The notes beneath the pieces are model-generated. The model had not been told where the DNA came from and did no database searches. It saw only the letters and a program-made list of their open reading frames with translations. DNA of 64,000 bases from Lingula anatina (Eukaryota > Animalia > Brachiopoda), in contig CM120640.1 in the NCBI GenBank assembly GCA_051362555.1, forward strand, positions 45,486,788-45,550,787, written 5' to 3'. How positions within the stretch are numbered: position 1 is the stretch's first letter; each line of letters starts with the position of its first letter. A program made the translations under genes and the position numbers. Positions 11,901 to 27,500 of the stretch are shown here, in pieces.

Positions 11901-14900
11901 TCAATTTACTACAATTGCACTGCAAGATAAGTACGTAAGTCACTGTATCTCATGTTTTTTTTTCCAAGATTTTTTACCTTTTCAATAGCTGCTTGTCTGT
12001 TTCTGTATAAAATGGCCAGTCTGGTTTCACACTATCATATAGATGTTTAGCTAAAGTATATGTATTTTCCCTTGGGGAAAAGTGAGCTACTTGCTGTAAT
12101 ATGGAACCTAATGAATTCTTGTCTTTTTCTTTAATACCATCTGAAAAAAAAATTATATATAAAAGTATTTTTTTAGAAAACCTTATGAGTTATAGGGTTC
12201 TCTTTCACAAATACAACATTGTCTAAAAATATGGAAGTGTAAATAACATAAAATATTCTTATCGTTTGTATAATTAATTTACTGAGAGAAAGGGAGATGT
12301 TGAGCTGGTGGCATAATTATGGAAAGATAACCAAGCCCCTTTTGACTGGGCACTGGCCATCAAGAGGGTCAGCAGTGGAATGGGTCATCGCCATTTAACT
12401 TATTTATGCAAAATATGATCTTTAGCAAAAGCAATTTTCAACAGGTAGCGAGTGCAATCAAGCAGACTTGGTAAGAACAATAAACATTTCTACCTTTCCA
12501 TCCAACCCTGAACACCTCCTACACATTACCGCAAAGGTATTTTTTTCTATATCCCCAAATTACATATATAACAATTATCAGCTTACAGGCATCTTTTTTT
12601 TTTTTTGTATAACGCGCCTTATACCATATTGATTATCCTTTTATTTTCAGCTACTTTACAGACGTTTGAAAGCTAAATCAAGATTTGAAGCACGGTCAGC
12701 TGAAGACTACTATGCTCCAATTCATGACAATATACATAAAGACTTTTTACAACTAGCAGCTAACATAAACTGAATTTCTGGCATTTCAGTTGTGTAAGCT
12801 AAATAAATAAATCTGCAAATGCACCCACATGACAAAATACGGTAATGCTATCATAGAAAGATAACCAAGCCCCTTTTGACTGGGCACTGACCATCAAGAG
12901 GGTCAGCAGTGGAATGGGTCGTCACCAAACCAACAGAACCAATTTCTTTATCTATGTAAACCCAGCACCATGGACCTGTTGCTAGTGGTTGCCAAGAAAA
13001 ATGCAATGCTGCCTATGTATACTTGAAACTGAACACCTAGAGCCCAGCAGGAGGCGCATTATCAAATTCACCCATCTTATGAAAATCTTGCAGACTTGGA
13101 AATTTTTGGACCAAGTTATCAACAACAAAGGGTATACATGTCCACACAGATGTTTCACATTATGCATACTTAGAGAAATGCTTTACAGCAGTTCAGCTCA
13201 CTTTGGCATGTTCATGGATGTCAATAGTGGAAGCCAGCTATGACCCTTTACCTTAGTATCTTTATTCAATCATAAGGAACAGAACACCCACTGTTCTACA
13301 TGCAACAGCTCACGGTGGACTACTTCCAGCCACCTGTTTTTCCAGAAACCCATTTCCTCAATTAGTCTTAACAGGTTCCTTCTCTTATTTCCTCTCTTAA
13401 CTTAGGTAATTATTTTTCCATTACCACTACTGGCCTTTTTTTTTTTTTTTTTTGCGAGGATAATTTTTTTGTCAACTACACTAGGGCACTAGGAGTAACA
13501 TATTATTTTCAAATGACAATTCTCAAAAATAAATGTAGTACAGCATAATAATGAATACTGTATTCCACTCATTGTATTCACAATCAGTATAGATTTATGC
13601 CAATATAATTTTTTTACTGCTTTTTCATGCTAGAATGATCATTTTTCCTCAAAGATAGCTAATACTATTGTATAGATTTTCATGTAATAACTTCTTTGTG
13701 CATTTTTTATGGGCATTGAGGTCCCCCCCTCCCTTTTTCCTGAGAAAAGCAGTTAATGGAGATGAATTTATTATAAATACACGGATTCATATCTACTTCT
13801 GTAATTGAATCCTTATTTATTTCCATTTCCTCCTAGCTTATCTGTAAACAGTTCTTACAGGTTGAAAATACTTATGGTATCTATTCATTTTGATATGTGT
13901 AAAATCTCTTTCTTTTGATGGGGAGCCTGCCTGAGAAAACTCATCTGGCTTTCTTTCCATCTCACGCCATTTGTGGTAGAAGTAAAAGTTGCATGCAAAT
14001 AATACATTAACACACACTCACACGCACGCACACACACAAACACAATGGAGTATCATTTATAATAAATTCCAAAGAATGAGTTTGTATAAAAAATGGAGCT
14101 GCAGTGAATGAAATAATCTCACCTTTTTGTAATCTAGCTAATAATTCTGGTTTTTTGTAAGGTCGAACTGCTAATAAATGGATCACCCTGTCTCTGAAAT
14201 GTAAGAAGAATGTTACAAAGAATTGATGTTGTATGTCAATAAGTGTAAACTCATACTCAATAAGAGAATGTAACTTAACAAAAGTTTCTTAATTGATGGC
14301 ATTTTTTATTAATATTATCTTTTTTTTAATTCAAAGATCAAGGATTTTTTTCAGGAAGAAACAGCTGCAGTTGGAATATTAAACAAGAAACAGCAGTTCT
14401 ATGCTGGTGTTTAATATGGTAATCATGCCTTCACTGTGGATTATACAAAATATTTTCACTGACTTTTGCCTTGTAGACCCCAGTATGCATCACTTCACAA
14501 ACTAGCCAGTACCTTTTTCTATTCAGCAAAAGCTACAATGTGACATTTCCTAGTAATATCAAATGGTGACAGCCATGTCTTTCTTTTCTTTTCTTTTTTT
14601 TTTTTTTTTGTGAAAAACAAAATGGAGATGATGTGTGGTATTTTAATGCACAGACCCTCCAGTTCTTGATGCAGTTTAAAATAACTTGACCCTTAAAATT
14701 GACCCAGCTGATGTAACTGAAGGCACTTTGATCACAAACAGGCTCATTTCAAGTTATAGCACTTAAAGTGATGCAGTATAGCTTGATTCATCAGTAATGA
14801 CAAAAGAACAATTATGTCATAGTAGTAAGTGTTGCTTTGCTGACTAAAAAACAAATTCCTATCTGCAACTTTCATAATGCTTCCGATAAATAGGGTCACA

Positions 14901-17900
14901 TATCTTATTTCAAAGTGCTTTATACAAGATGATCATTTAACCACTGCCAGCATTACTAACCTGTATGGCAATGCCATGATGGCAGAGTTAGGTTTACTAT
15001 TACTAGAAGAACTACTAGAATTCGAAGAATTCGTCATCACAGCTGCAGCATTACTGTTACTGGAAGAGGACTTGGCACTGGAACTGCTGGTGATCCCACT
15101 GGCTCCCCCTAGGGCAGGGTTGGACTTGGACACCAATGAAGATGCTTTGGAGACAGATGCTGCTCCCCTGAAACTACTCCCCATCGTCCCCGTTCCTGCT
15201 GACGTGTAGGAAGGACTGGTTTTGTGATGGGAAGGGCCATTACTGCTTGCACTGTTTTTTGAGTAAATTGCACCAGCCCCACCCCTGATCACTTTCTTGA
15301 TTTTGCGCCCTACATTTGGTGCACCTGGCTTAATTTCTTTGGCGCTGAAAAATATTGTTTTGCCTTTCAAAACAGCAAACCCTGCAGATCTTTAAAGATG
15401 AACATACCATTTCTGTAAAATACTGCAAATGATAAGACTAAAAATAATATACTGGTTAAATTTTCTCATAGCAATAGCTAAAAAACTGAAAGTGCAAGCA
15501 ATAAGGAAGCAGTCTTATCACTCCTTTTCCTTAAAATGCATCACAATTTAATGAGAGTAAAATGTAAGCTAAGACAGGTAGAACAAATGTGAGCTGCAGA
15601 AATTGATCTTTACCAATTTTTCTTGCTCTCTTCTTCTGCCAGTGTCATTTTTTGTTTAGTGGCTTTGTAGACATCGTCAGTGGCACATACCGAGATTTTA
15701 GAGGGCATACTACCAACTAGGTCAAGCTGACTGGAATAAAAGAAAATTGCCTAATTATCAATGCATTCATTTGATCTAAATATATCACAGATGCAGTAAC
15801 AAAAAGCAATAAACATTTTTAATCATGACCACAACTACTAGGATGAAAGAAGTACAACTGATCCACAATAAGATAATGTCATTTTTATTTTTTCTATCAA
15901 CTAAAACACCTGCTGAATACCTCCAAAGTTGAGAAAATTTTACATCCACATTATCTCTGAGTTATACCATGAAAGTACTCTACAGGGGACCTTCCTCCCT
16001 CTCAAAACATCTCCATAAGTTTGCTTCCTGCTGTTAAGGCACTTGCCTTGTCAAGTGTGTGGAGGAAGGGAGGGGGGAGGATTAAAAAAACAACAGGGAT
16101 CACAAATTTCAATACTTGAATGATTTTTGTCGAAAACAGTGACACAGATTTTATTAACTCAACTACAACTGTTGAACCATACTATAGTTCAAACAAAGTC
16201 AATAAAGGTTTACAATTTCTATATGCAAGGTCATTCATCTATTGATCTTAGTACTGTTACTGCCTCTAAACATTACTAGTTGGCACGTTAGCCACCAGTT
16301 AACCCCCACAGAGACAAAAGCAATTTGATATTTCAGTCCTGGACTCATCTTAACCATCTTCACTGAATAAAAAAAATTCCTAATTTGTAATTAATACAAT
16401 AAAAAGCACAATAAAGTATGCATACACAGCCATGGTTGAGATACACCACAACTGCTTTTTTGGAATTTTGGATACATGCCACTGTGCTTTGGAATTTATA
16501 AAGTATAACATGGATAAATGTGATATGACCTTCTGCAAAGGTCACAGAAATCAGTGTTGAAAAGACAACTCAAAAAAAAATTTTTTTTTCATAACAAGCT
16601 CTGGAGAGTTATATATAAGTCTTATTATTTCAAGTCAATTGACTTTTAAATTGTTTTAAATCAAAATTGAATGAGTGTAAAAATACATAAAAAGTAAAGT
16701 ATATAGAAAACAGCGATTGCAATTGTGGACAATTATCACACTCCTTTTTTATGGGAAAGAAAAATCAAATACTAAATAGTGCTTTAAACTTTCTTGCCAT
16801 TTTTGTTAGTAATTTTTCTATTCTGATTTTGACCTTTAATGCAACTGCACGCAACAACCTCTAAAGCAGTATATATGGAAAACTTGGCAAGTCACAGGTT
16901 TAACAGCCAGATTTACAATCAACATAACAATAAATGTCATTTAAAATGCATTTTAAAACATTTTAACATGATGCTTTAAGAAACAGACCGAGTCATTTCA
17001 AGTTAATTTTTATATGGAAATTCAAGGTTCTTAGTCAGCTGTTGCAAATGAACAATTTGAGAGAATTTAACTTCAATTTTCACAGCATCACAACAGGTTT
17101 AAAAATATCACTTGACTAGCACAGAGCCTTATGTAAAGTTCATATCATATCAACATATCCTGATGACATGAGAGGAATAAAAATAAATAATTCATGGTTT
17201 CCCCCGTCAGGCTAGAAACAATGAGCTTTACAAAATGCCTATAGATACACATACAACCCTCAAATTGACCATGTCTAAAATACAATACAAACTTGAAGAG
17301 AAATCTTATTCATGAGCTGAAATGTCTTTCATGTGGGGATCTATGCACATGTATAGGGTCCCCTTTGTCTTCACTTCAACATAACCCATTCATGCTCCAC
17401 ATCAGGCAACAGGTCAATCCAGTTTACCAGGGCCATGAAGAAATCTTTTTCACAAGTTATTCACATTTTTGGGGGGAGGGGGGGACTAATTTTATGCACA
17501 TTTCTGTATTGTGAGAAGAACTTAAGCACTGAAATGATGCTATCACCCAGTAAACTTCTGGTAAAGAGAATCAGTTTTCCAGTAAATTACTATCAGCAGC
17601 CTTCATATGATGTAGAATTTACTGTGCAGCCTCTGAGGTTCACAGATACATGGAAATGAAAACATACATGGATATTTCTGTGCACTTGAAGAACAAAAGC
17701 TTGTGGATTTGTCAGTCACATTCTTGCACAAATGGGTTTGTTAATATTTCACTTAAGGTTTAATAAAAACCTTCAAACACATACTTGACCTGGAAAAAAA
17801 CTGATATAAATCTAATCTTAATTCAATATAAATTGAGTGTAATGTTCAACAATAGCTTTTCCCAACTGGTGTTTAACTCTTGATATGATAAAAGCAGCAT

Positions 17901-20130
17901 GAGAAAAAGACATTCGGTTCAGCCGAGGGTCTATCCAATGTGTGTACAAAATAAGTTAATTTATAAGGTATTCTTGGGGGCTAATTACTATATATCATAA
18001 TATTATTTTTTAACTAAGTGTGGACTGCTAAAAGCAGAGAAATTGGACAATCCAAATGTCATCCATCCATCCATTCACTCATAGACTGGGTTCCCATAAA
18101 CCTACAAGGATTGATCTAACTCTGAAGGGATTCTGGCTAAATTGAATTCAGTTTAAGCGGCTTAAATGTCTGCCATGCCCACTGAAGCTGCTAGGGGGTA
18201 ATTAACTTTCGTGCGCACTTATACTGAATGCAATTTAGCGAGAATCACCTCAGAGATAGATCGATCCAGACAGTACGATAGGGTTCTGGAAATGGTCCCT
18301 ATATTCACACTTCTGAAAAAGGCCCAACAGGCCACTGACCAATGAAGGTTTTATATGCAGTTTGGGGAAAGGCATTGAGTACTTTAATTGACAGCAAACT
18401 AAATGCACCAATCAAAGTGGAAAACTAAAAGATGATTATTTTCAACAAAGGCCAAATTTTAGCCAGTTTTTTTAGGTGACCATGGGTAATCTGCCAACAG
18501 AAATTTAGGTTTGACATTGCAATGGCTACATGACCTTGTATATTGGCCTTATAAGTCTTCATGCAGACATCCAGATTGATTTTCTAGGGCTTTCTATATC
18601 TTTCAGGCTAAGTCTACACAACTAACATAAATACCCTTTTAAGGCAAAATGAGCTATCAAAATTCCATTATTTCATTTCTAATTAGCTACTTAGGTTTCT
18701 TTTTATAAAAGCCTTCAAAGTACCTGCATTTGTTTTGTATTCAAATGTGTTTTTAATATTGAACCAGTATATAGGGGTTTTATTTACTTTTGACAGTGAC
18801 TAGTATTAACTATTTAGGCAATTCTTGCTTTGCATGAAATTTGGTCTTTCTTATTTCCTTATTTGGGACTTAGATAAACCTGTTACATTTCTGCTAGTTT
18901 CTTGTGCATGCATGGTGCATGCTTTCTGCCAGTTTTACTCATGAAGTGCCATCATTTATACAGTATACATACAGGGGCATTCAATATTTGAATAGTAATC
19001 AAGTACAGAGTTTTAATCCCAAAACAGAACCAGTTTAATATCTGCACTTGGATGATTTTATAACAATCATGCAAGGTTTTTTTTTTCAACCAAATCATCT
19101 TGTTGTGATGCATAAGTGATGCCATCAATAAAATTGGTCTTGAGAAGATGGGGCACTACATGAACATAAATAACATAGAGGAACACTCTGATAATTGCAC
19201 AATTGGTAACTGGCTGCAGATGATGCCATTTCTTGTTAATGCTAGCTACTACCAAAGAGGTAATCATGTGCTTGACTCTGAAAGAACAAAGTGGCAGAGA
19301 ACTCTAGCCCTTGTTAGAAATCGACTGATTTGCTTAGTGAATTCAGTGCTTTCTAGCAGCAAATAGGATCTCGATTGCTATAAGCAAGTGTTCTAAGAGA
19401 GATCTTACATGGTGTCACCAAGAGAAAATGATGATGATGATCACACAAGATATGTATTATGCAAGACACATTATATAACCAGTTCATGCCATCATAACAT
19501 TCAAATTATCAAATTTCATGCATACTTTTTGTGGGACTGTTGGACACAATCAAAGCTACCGTTCGGGTCGCCTGGGAGATTCGATACAACAAATCGGAAC
19601 TGTTTAAATCCTTCTGCACTATCGGAAGACTTGCTTGGAATTTTGATAACCTGAAGAAGGCAAAGAAACAAATTTAAAAAAAAAAAAAAGATATATCTTC
19701 CAAACTAAAATTCTGGTTACAATTACAAAAAAACAGCTGAAGTTGACATTTGGACAGACAACCTTTAACAATGTAAAAATAGAAGAGTGACAAAAAGTTA
19801 CAGCAATAAAGAAAATTTGGGACTTGATACCTACTAGCCCCAAACTTTTATTGTAAATCCGAGTTTTGAACCATTAAAAGAAATAATTAAACAAAAAAGA
19901 TAATCCAATCCGATTGGTTTTTGAGAAGTTATGACATTACGTACCAAAACATAGCATCTGTCCATAAAATTGCAGTTAACTGTATTGAGCACATATTCAA
20001 GAATAGCACTAACATATTTTCAGTGTTGAAAACATCTGTTCATCATAAAAAAAAGCTCATTTAAATCCTCAAGTAAACCAGACTTTAAACATGCCATATA
20101 AATTTCAAAAGGCTGATCGCCTGTGAAAAA

Positions 20131-20172
<42 letters not shown>

Positions 20173-23100
20173 TGTGTGTGTATAACACACACTCACACAC
20201 ACAATAAGAAGACATACAAATCTAAAAGTTGTCACATTTTAGGCCACCGATGGCCACATTGGCTGGCAACATAAAATCCTTCCAATGCTGTTTCATCATT
20301 GGTGTAATCATAGTTTTATCAATTAAGATCTATTCTGGATAATAATAAACAAGTAATCCATCTTATAGCAGAATAGGTATTAATGAAGACGTATCGATCA
20401 TTTCCTGCTAATTCAGTACACTTCATGGTGTGAGTGGGACTATATTTCACAGTTACTCTAATTTTAAAACATCTATCTTAGTTAAAGCCACAACTGCTGC
20501 CTTATAAAAAGCAACCAATCCAACTCAGTCCTGTATTCTGGGCCTGTTGGTTAGGCAACTACATACCCCTTCATTGTTTCTTAACTGTATGACTGGTCTG
20601 TGGCTGGTGGCGGTGATCTGAAATGAGAAAATTGAAAATTTGAAAATATTTCTTTCTTTTTCCTTTACTAGTATTTAAACTGCTTTGGCTCAGTTCCCAC
20701 TTAGGTGTCTGCTGATTTGTCTGATAAAATTACCTGTTTATTGAGCTTGTTATTAGAACTGACTGTTACAGTGACATGTCAAATATTTTGACTTCAGACC
20801 TTTCTTTTGGAAAGGATGACCCCCAATCCTACCCTAAAAAAATTCTAACCTAAATGTTACATGTACACTCTCATTAATAGACCAAATATCATTGTTTTGA
20901 AATAGAAGAAGTTATGTGATAGCGTAATGCCAGCTGACAACTAACACATAAAAAGTTAAACAAGAATAACAGGTGTGTGTTTGTGTGTGCGCGCACGTTT
21001 GTGTGCATGTGTGGAGTGGGAGGTATATATTCCCCACAAAATGCTGACAAATGGTCTTTCTCTTCACTCATTTAAATTTAATCTGGAATTGAACATAGTC
21101 CATATCTTGATAAAATCTATGATAGGATATAGTTTTAGTGTGTTCAAATTAAAAGAACTGATACACTTATCATTATAACCTATATCGTATTTATATTTAG
21201 TATTACAAACATATCCATGCCAGGTCAGATCTAATCCTATAAATTCATTTACTCTTTGTTACTTAAAGAAAAATGTACAGACTGACAAATGTTAGTACAA
21301 AATGAACTAACAGTATCTTTTTGTCACAGTAGATTTTGTCATCATGATTATGGACAGACATGTTGTTTATTATAGGTGCTTTAACAGCTAGACTGCTGTT
21401 CATCAAAGAAGTAAGGTTTTCTGCACTCATAATACCCTAAATACTATATTCTGTCCAACAAATCTACAGACAACTGAACTTCTGTGAAAATAACAGCACT
21501 CAAAGTGACCCAATGCCCTATGTCATATATGTCAACAAGGAAAGTGTCATATTACCGAGCAGAAAAAAGCTTGGTCAGCCCTTTTACAAGCAATGGTAAC
21601 AAATTGACGTCAGATGTCTCTAAAAATGGTCCAAGACAACACACAACTCAAGAGTACATGACACACATTGATTTATTAATTCCTGGTTCCTTCTCACTAC
21701 CCCATTAACGTACAACACATTAACTGGGAGCATAAACTGTTTCCGTTGTTTTCATTGATTTCTCCAAGTAGGACACTAGCTAGCTGTGAACAGCAATGAT
21801 GCCAGCCGACAGTGTGGTTTACATATTCACCATTAATAAGAAAATACTGCCCACATACTTCCTTTGTGAAATAGTTCAGGTGGCTATGGAGAGGGTTGGC
21901 GTGTGCATGTTGTTGTTTATTAGTGAACGTGAGCATGTGCATATGCATATGTGTAAACTTGTAGAGGGAAAAGATTACAGTTGTACAACTGTAATGTGTG
22001 GGGTTGTGGGAGGAGGAGGATGTGACACATGAGAGATCTTGCACAGTGTTAGAGTAGCGGGCTGACAGCAACTGCATGGATTTCACAGCACACTTGTAAG
22101 CAACCACTGCCATCAGCCCGTGTACATGTGTGTGTAAGAGGAATGGGCCTGAGACAATTACCTGTTTTCAAAATATGAGGAAGAAATCCCTTTGAAATTT
22201 AAACCACCTGCCATTTAAATTGGATAATCATGACAACAATGCTACCCATATTTCACCACTAAGAAACAGGAAAAGGAAAATCATGATTACATGGGCCTTT
22301 TATTCTCTAACTTTATTTACTTCAAACTAGCTGAATAACACATAACAGTGTCATCACAGGACACGACCCCTTCCACCTGTCATCTAATAGTTGTTTACCT
22401 TTTCAGTCTAACAGCAAGCTTTTCAAGTTTCAATTAATGTACTCAGTGTACCTGATCAGTGATGTTAGCTCAGATGGATGGAGTGAGGACCAAAGTCTAC
22501 ACTCATGCTAGGCTAGCAAAGAAAAAAAACCCTGCCAAATTTTAATTGAAAATGAAAACTTCATTTGTTCCTTTTCTAATTTGTCACAGTGTAAAATTGT
22601 AGTTGTTTTAAATAAAAAAATATACTAACATTAGCCAAGAAAAAGGTCATAACTTGATTATGGAGAGGAATTCTTTCGATAACTATTATTTTCATCAAAT
22701 GTGCTACTCATATTACGAGTACTTCAATGTTAGTCAGAATGGTTGACAGTAAGTAGTACATTTACTGCACTAACATGTTTACTCCACTTTGGCAAATATA
22801 ATTTACCTTTTGATAGCTAGGGCCTAACGTCTCAAAAGAAACTATTAATGTGAAAGTTGTTTTTTACTTTAAAGCAGTACTGAAATGTTCTACATATGTT
22901 GACACAAGTTGCAGTATTCCACTTAATAAGGATACGTGGGCATGTGTAACAATTAGTAAGAAATGGCTAGTGCTAAAAGTCTAAAAAATTATATACTATA
23001 ACTTATTTCAGTGGTGTAAGTACATATTTATCCTGGTTTGAAATTGGCAAGGTTTAAAATAAAAGTTCTATAGGGAAATCTGCCTGGGACTCTGCCAGAA

Positions 23101-24486
23101 TCCTCAGACTGGCAAATATGGTATCAATTCCTAGGTATAATCTTTCATATACCTCTTTTTTACCAAACAAAGTTTAAGCCAAAACAAAATTTATAGTCCA
23201 TAATGTGACAAACTGACACACATTGTGTTTCTTCTACACTATTCCCAGCATTATTTGATTTTAAAAAATGCACATGCTAGCATAAGCTAGAATTGTAGTG
23301 ATGGCAACTTGGATCATTAACACACTGTGTAGTCAGAAATTTCCACTGTCCTCACTCTTCAACAATAAGTAAAATATTCCATCTTATGAAAAGTTTTATG
23401 TGTCTGACAGTCAGAAACATTAAAAGTCTAGAACCACAGGTACAATGGCAGTCTCTTTCAATAAGTTACATGTACTTGCTAATCATAAAGTACCAAGTGG
23501 CCAAGCTCCCAGACAAGATAACAGGAAAATATCAAGTTATGACAAGCTGTTTTCAGGTTTTCATACGAAGACACCGAGATTAGAGTAGCCTGAAGGGCAA
23601 GCCAGGTGTTGACTGGGCTTATCTCTCCTTGAGCAACAATGATGGATACATCTCAGTTCAGATTACTTTGGAGTTCCTGTCTTTCCCAACCTTATCAACT
23701 CAGTAATTAAATGTCATAATGGGAGTATTTCCTTACATGGACAGTGTAGTGTATTTGACTAGATAAACTATTGTTCATATTGTTAAATTTCACAAATCTT
23801 ACTTTTACACTTTTCAAGATTTTATTATCATTTTCAGTCACCCATAAAAAGTGTTTATTGTAAGAGCTTATCACTTTTTTTAAACATTAATGACAAAAAA
23901 TACTTGTAAAATAATTGATCAATTTTGTTCAAATGCAGTGAATTTCAAGCACGGATTTCAAGCATATGTTTAGGTAGGGGCTATGTTATTGTTCTGACAG
24001 TCTGATAATTCTTCAGGATAAAAAAATATTGATTTATCATCAGCTGATTGTTGCATGTGATTCCGGATAAGATAATTTTCTTTGCTTTTGGCTCTTGAAA
24101 ATAATCATTTTTGACACAGTGAACACAAGCTGTCTGTAATCACCTGCAATATGATACCAACTTCCAACTTCATTAGTGCGGTGTTATATTTAGAGAAAAT
24201 GCACTTTCTTAATTAAGTTTTTCAAAGAAAATATTAAGCCTTTCATTTGCCTGCCCCAAGAGTTCTAACAGAACAAATCTGCAATCTTTTGTGATAGCTA
24301 ACCTGAACTCAATCAAAATGAGAGTACAATATGGGTTGTTCTTTAACTGATTGTACCTTGATTAGATTTATGGCTTCCCTTTGTTTTGGTCATATGTTTG
24401 TAATCATTGCTCACTTGTTAACTATTGTATACTAACTCAATCATTAATAAATTTAGCGCATTTAAGGGCCCACCCCTCTCTCTCGC

Positions 24487-24535
<49 letters not shown>

Positions 24536-27500
24536 AATACATAAATGCACAGGGAGAAGAATAAAGGGAAGATGTTAAATAATTCTAATAATTTACAGTA
24601 CTGATAAAAGAGAACATTTTATGACAGGAAACAAATTGATAAAACTGTAATAGCTTTTTGCTGAAATGCTGCGTGCACCAAATTTGTTCTTTACATAAAT
24701 GAGTGAAATCATCAGCTGCAGTTGTCTTTTTTGCCCCTATTCCACACAGACTACGAATTCCACGAACCACCGGGAATTGATAAATTTTAGAAATCATGAG
24801 GAAACATGGAATTTTGCACATTTCTGGTAGAAATCTTGTCCCTGCATAGAGCAGCTACAGTACTGGTCTTAGATTAACATCAACTGGTTATAAATAGAAG
24901 ACTAGTTCGAAAACTTCTGTGACAATTTCACCATCTCTCGAGAATTGCAAGAATTGACTGAGGACAAATAATAATCAGTTAAGAGCTTACGGAATTAGTC
25001 ATGATTGAACTAAGAACCCTGGGATTTATCAATTTATGGTGGTTCATGGAATTTGTAGTTGGTGCAGTATAGGGGTAATATTCTATGCTGCTGACTTGAC
25101 ATGCTTTAAAAATCCCTAGCCTGCACGGTACTGGCTCAGAGTTTCATCTAGATATTAGACTTTAAATATTTTTGAGCCCTAATGGAAATAACTGCGGGTC
25201 ATTTCTAAGTACCTGTAAGTGACAGAGTTTAAAAAATGAGGGTTATTTTTCATTAAAGCATGTCAGTTCCTGAAAAGTTGAGGTAATGGTAACCAGCACC
25301 CCAGCACTAAAACAGCCAACCTAAATAGATGTCTATGATTTTAGAGGACTCCTTGAAATATATTCAAAATAATATCAAAGTACTCTGTTATAAGAGCCCA
25401 TTCCACCATGTTTCCCCCATTCTGTAACATCCATTATCAGTCTGAAGTTTCTTTTTCATTTGATCCCAAGCACTATTAATGTAAAATCTCAAGCCACCTT
25501 ATATACCATATCACTTGTGAACCTAACCTTTGGTAATAGGTGCCATATCCATCATCTTAGCCATCACGTATATTCAAAAGTGTTTATCAATGGGTATAAT
25601 AAGCAGAATGTCATTACCACAGATAGAAAACACTGTGAGAAGTGGTATCAGCATTATCTATCAACTGATGGCCAGACATGAAGCTGTTTATCTGATCTCA
25701 GCATCATAGATATGGCAACTGTCCCTTTCCATAAACCAGTTCATTTTTTAGTCATACTTGACATTGATTTTATGAACAATGGTTGCTAAAGGCAACACAA
25801 TATTCTCAAGATAACATAATTCACTTGTTCAATGGAAACACTTAGGGCCAATGTTATTTGGAACAGACTTTTTAAATGTTAGCCACAATTTCCATATATC
25901 ATACATAACTGTTACAATATTCCTGCTTAAAACAGGGTCATTTGAAGTACAGAGGTAACTTATAACAGCAATTTAGAAAAATATACATTTGGAAAATATA
26001 CACAATTGGTCCTTTTCAAAATTGGAAAATTTCATTTCCATAGAATCTCCTATTATAATGTCAACAGTAAACAATTCAATATGTATGTATACTGTTATTC
26101 TTCATGCTATGTCTTTTTAAAGATAAATCATGTTCTCAGTTGCTGCATATCAATGTCCTGCCTTTATCTTAATGCTGTACTTTTGGAGAACATCTCCCAC
26201 CAATTTATGAAATATGCATTCTTAATTTCAAACATCCCATTTTATCAAATATTTCATATTTTCAAGTTTTTTTGTAAGTTCCTCATAAAGTTTATAGAGC
26301 TTAAGGTTCATGTATATAAGTATGAATAGACAATAATAAAGATTAAGCTGTGAAAAGAACATAGTACTTAATAACATTTAATTGTTAGAAGTTATCATTT
26401 CAGTTCATAAAAAAAAATACTTTAATTCAGCAAAATATCCAGAATTTTCAGAACAAAAGCAAAGGAATTATTAAGGAGTAAAATTGCCCTACTAGTACCT
26501 ATACCATAAGAAGACAGCTGAGATGGCCAAGCAACAGCTTGCAGAGGAAATAACTATTTTACCTAAATTTCACAAAGAGATGTGAAAATAAGAAAACATA
26601 TTCAACAACAACGGTCCTACAATGTTTCCCCTACACATATGTAGCCAGCAGGCTATCATGGGCAGCATTATGTGCAAATGAATCAAAACAAATTCAATCC
26701 CCCACTTGATAAAAGAGATCAATAAAGGTAAGTTCAGTCTTAATTTGTATTATTCTTTTCAACCTGAGGATACTTAATGAAGACTTAAAAAAGTAAATAG
26801 CTTGCAAGTGGATTAGTAAAGCTCTTATAGTACCTATACTCTTATAGTGCAGGATTGCATATTACTACTAGAACTGGCTATTGCTATTTGAGGTACACTT
26901 CTTATATAACCTGCACTGACACTTTGAATACAATGCTACTGTGAAGGCCTTGCACAGCTGTTCTACAAACATATGATTTAGTTGCTTTCAGTAAGTTGAA
27001 ATTGATAAAAAATTTTAAATATACATGGAATTTTTGTAACAGAATGACAACCTAAAAAAACTAATATATAAACATACTTGGTTCCTATCCATTAATTTTA
27101 TTCACCCAAGTGCATCCAAAAATTCATTTCCATAATGCTATTCATTTGAGGTCAATGATTGTATGACCCTGACCTGACCCCACCTGACCTTTACTTGGCA
27201 CAATTCACGTTTCTTCATTAGCTATGATTTATGTTTGAAACCATTTGGTTCTAGACTTGACACAATTTTAATATACATCATAGAAGAAGGTCACACTGGC
27301 CAATATCTGAATGGTATCTGGATGGTTTCTTTACAGGCCCGTAGCCAAGGGGGGGGGGGGGGTTCGGGGGGTTCAAAAGAACCGCCCCTTTTGTCAGGAA
27401 AAGGTCCATTTTGGGTAAAATTTGATCTAGGTACACATAAGTTTCAGTATAAAAGGTCCCCTTTTTCAGAAAAAGAACCCCCCTTTTGACTTTGCTGGCC

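Noticed and set aside
12985-13120. CQEKCNAAYV..ETE suggesting a Penelope GIY-YIG remnant
   Set aside because: Needs frameshifts and lacks the YIG glycine and downstream conserved residues; too weak without an HMM search.
14877-15209. 110-aa Leu/Glu-rich ORF on +
   Set aside because: Antisense shadow of the Ser-rich ELL exon.
21697-22213. 138-aa minus ORF and a possible internal ELL first exon (MAGGLNFKG..., 22161-22213)
   Set aside because: The ORF is driven by CA-rich low complexity. The putative exon ends in phase 2, incompatible with exon 2, and has no other support.
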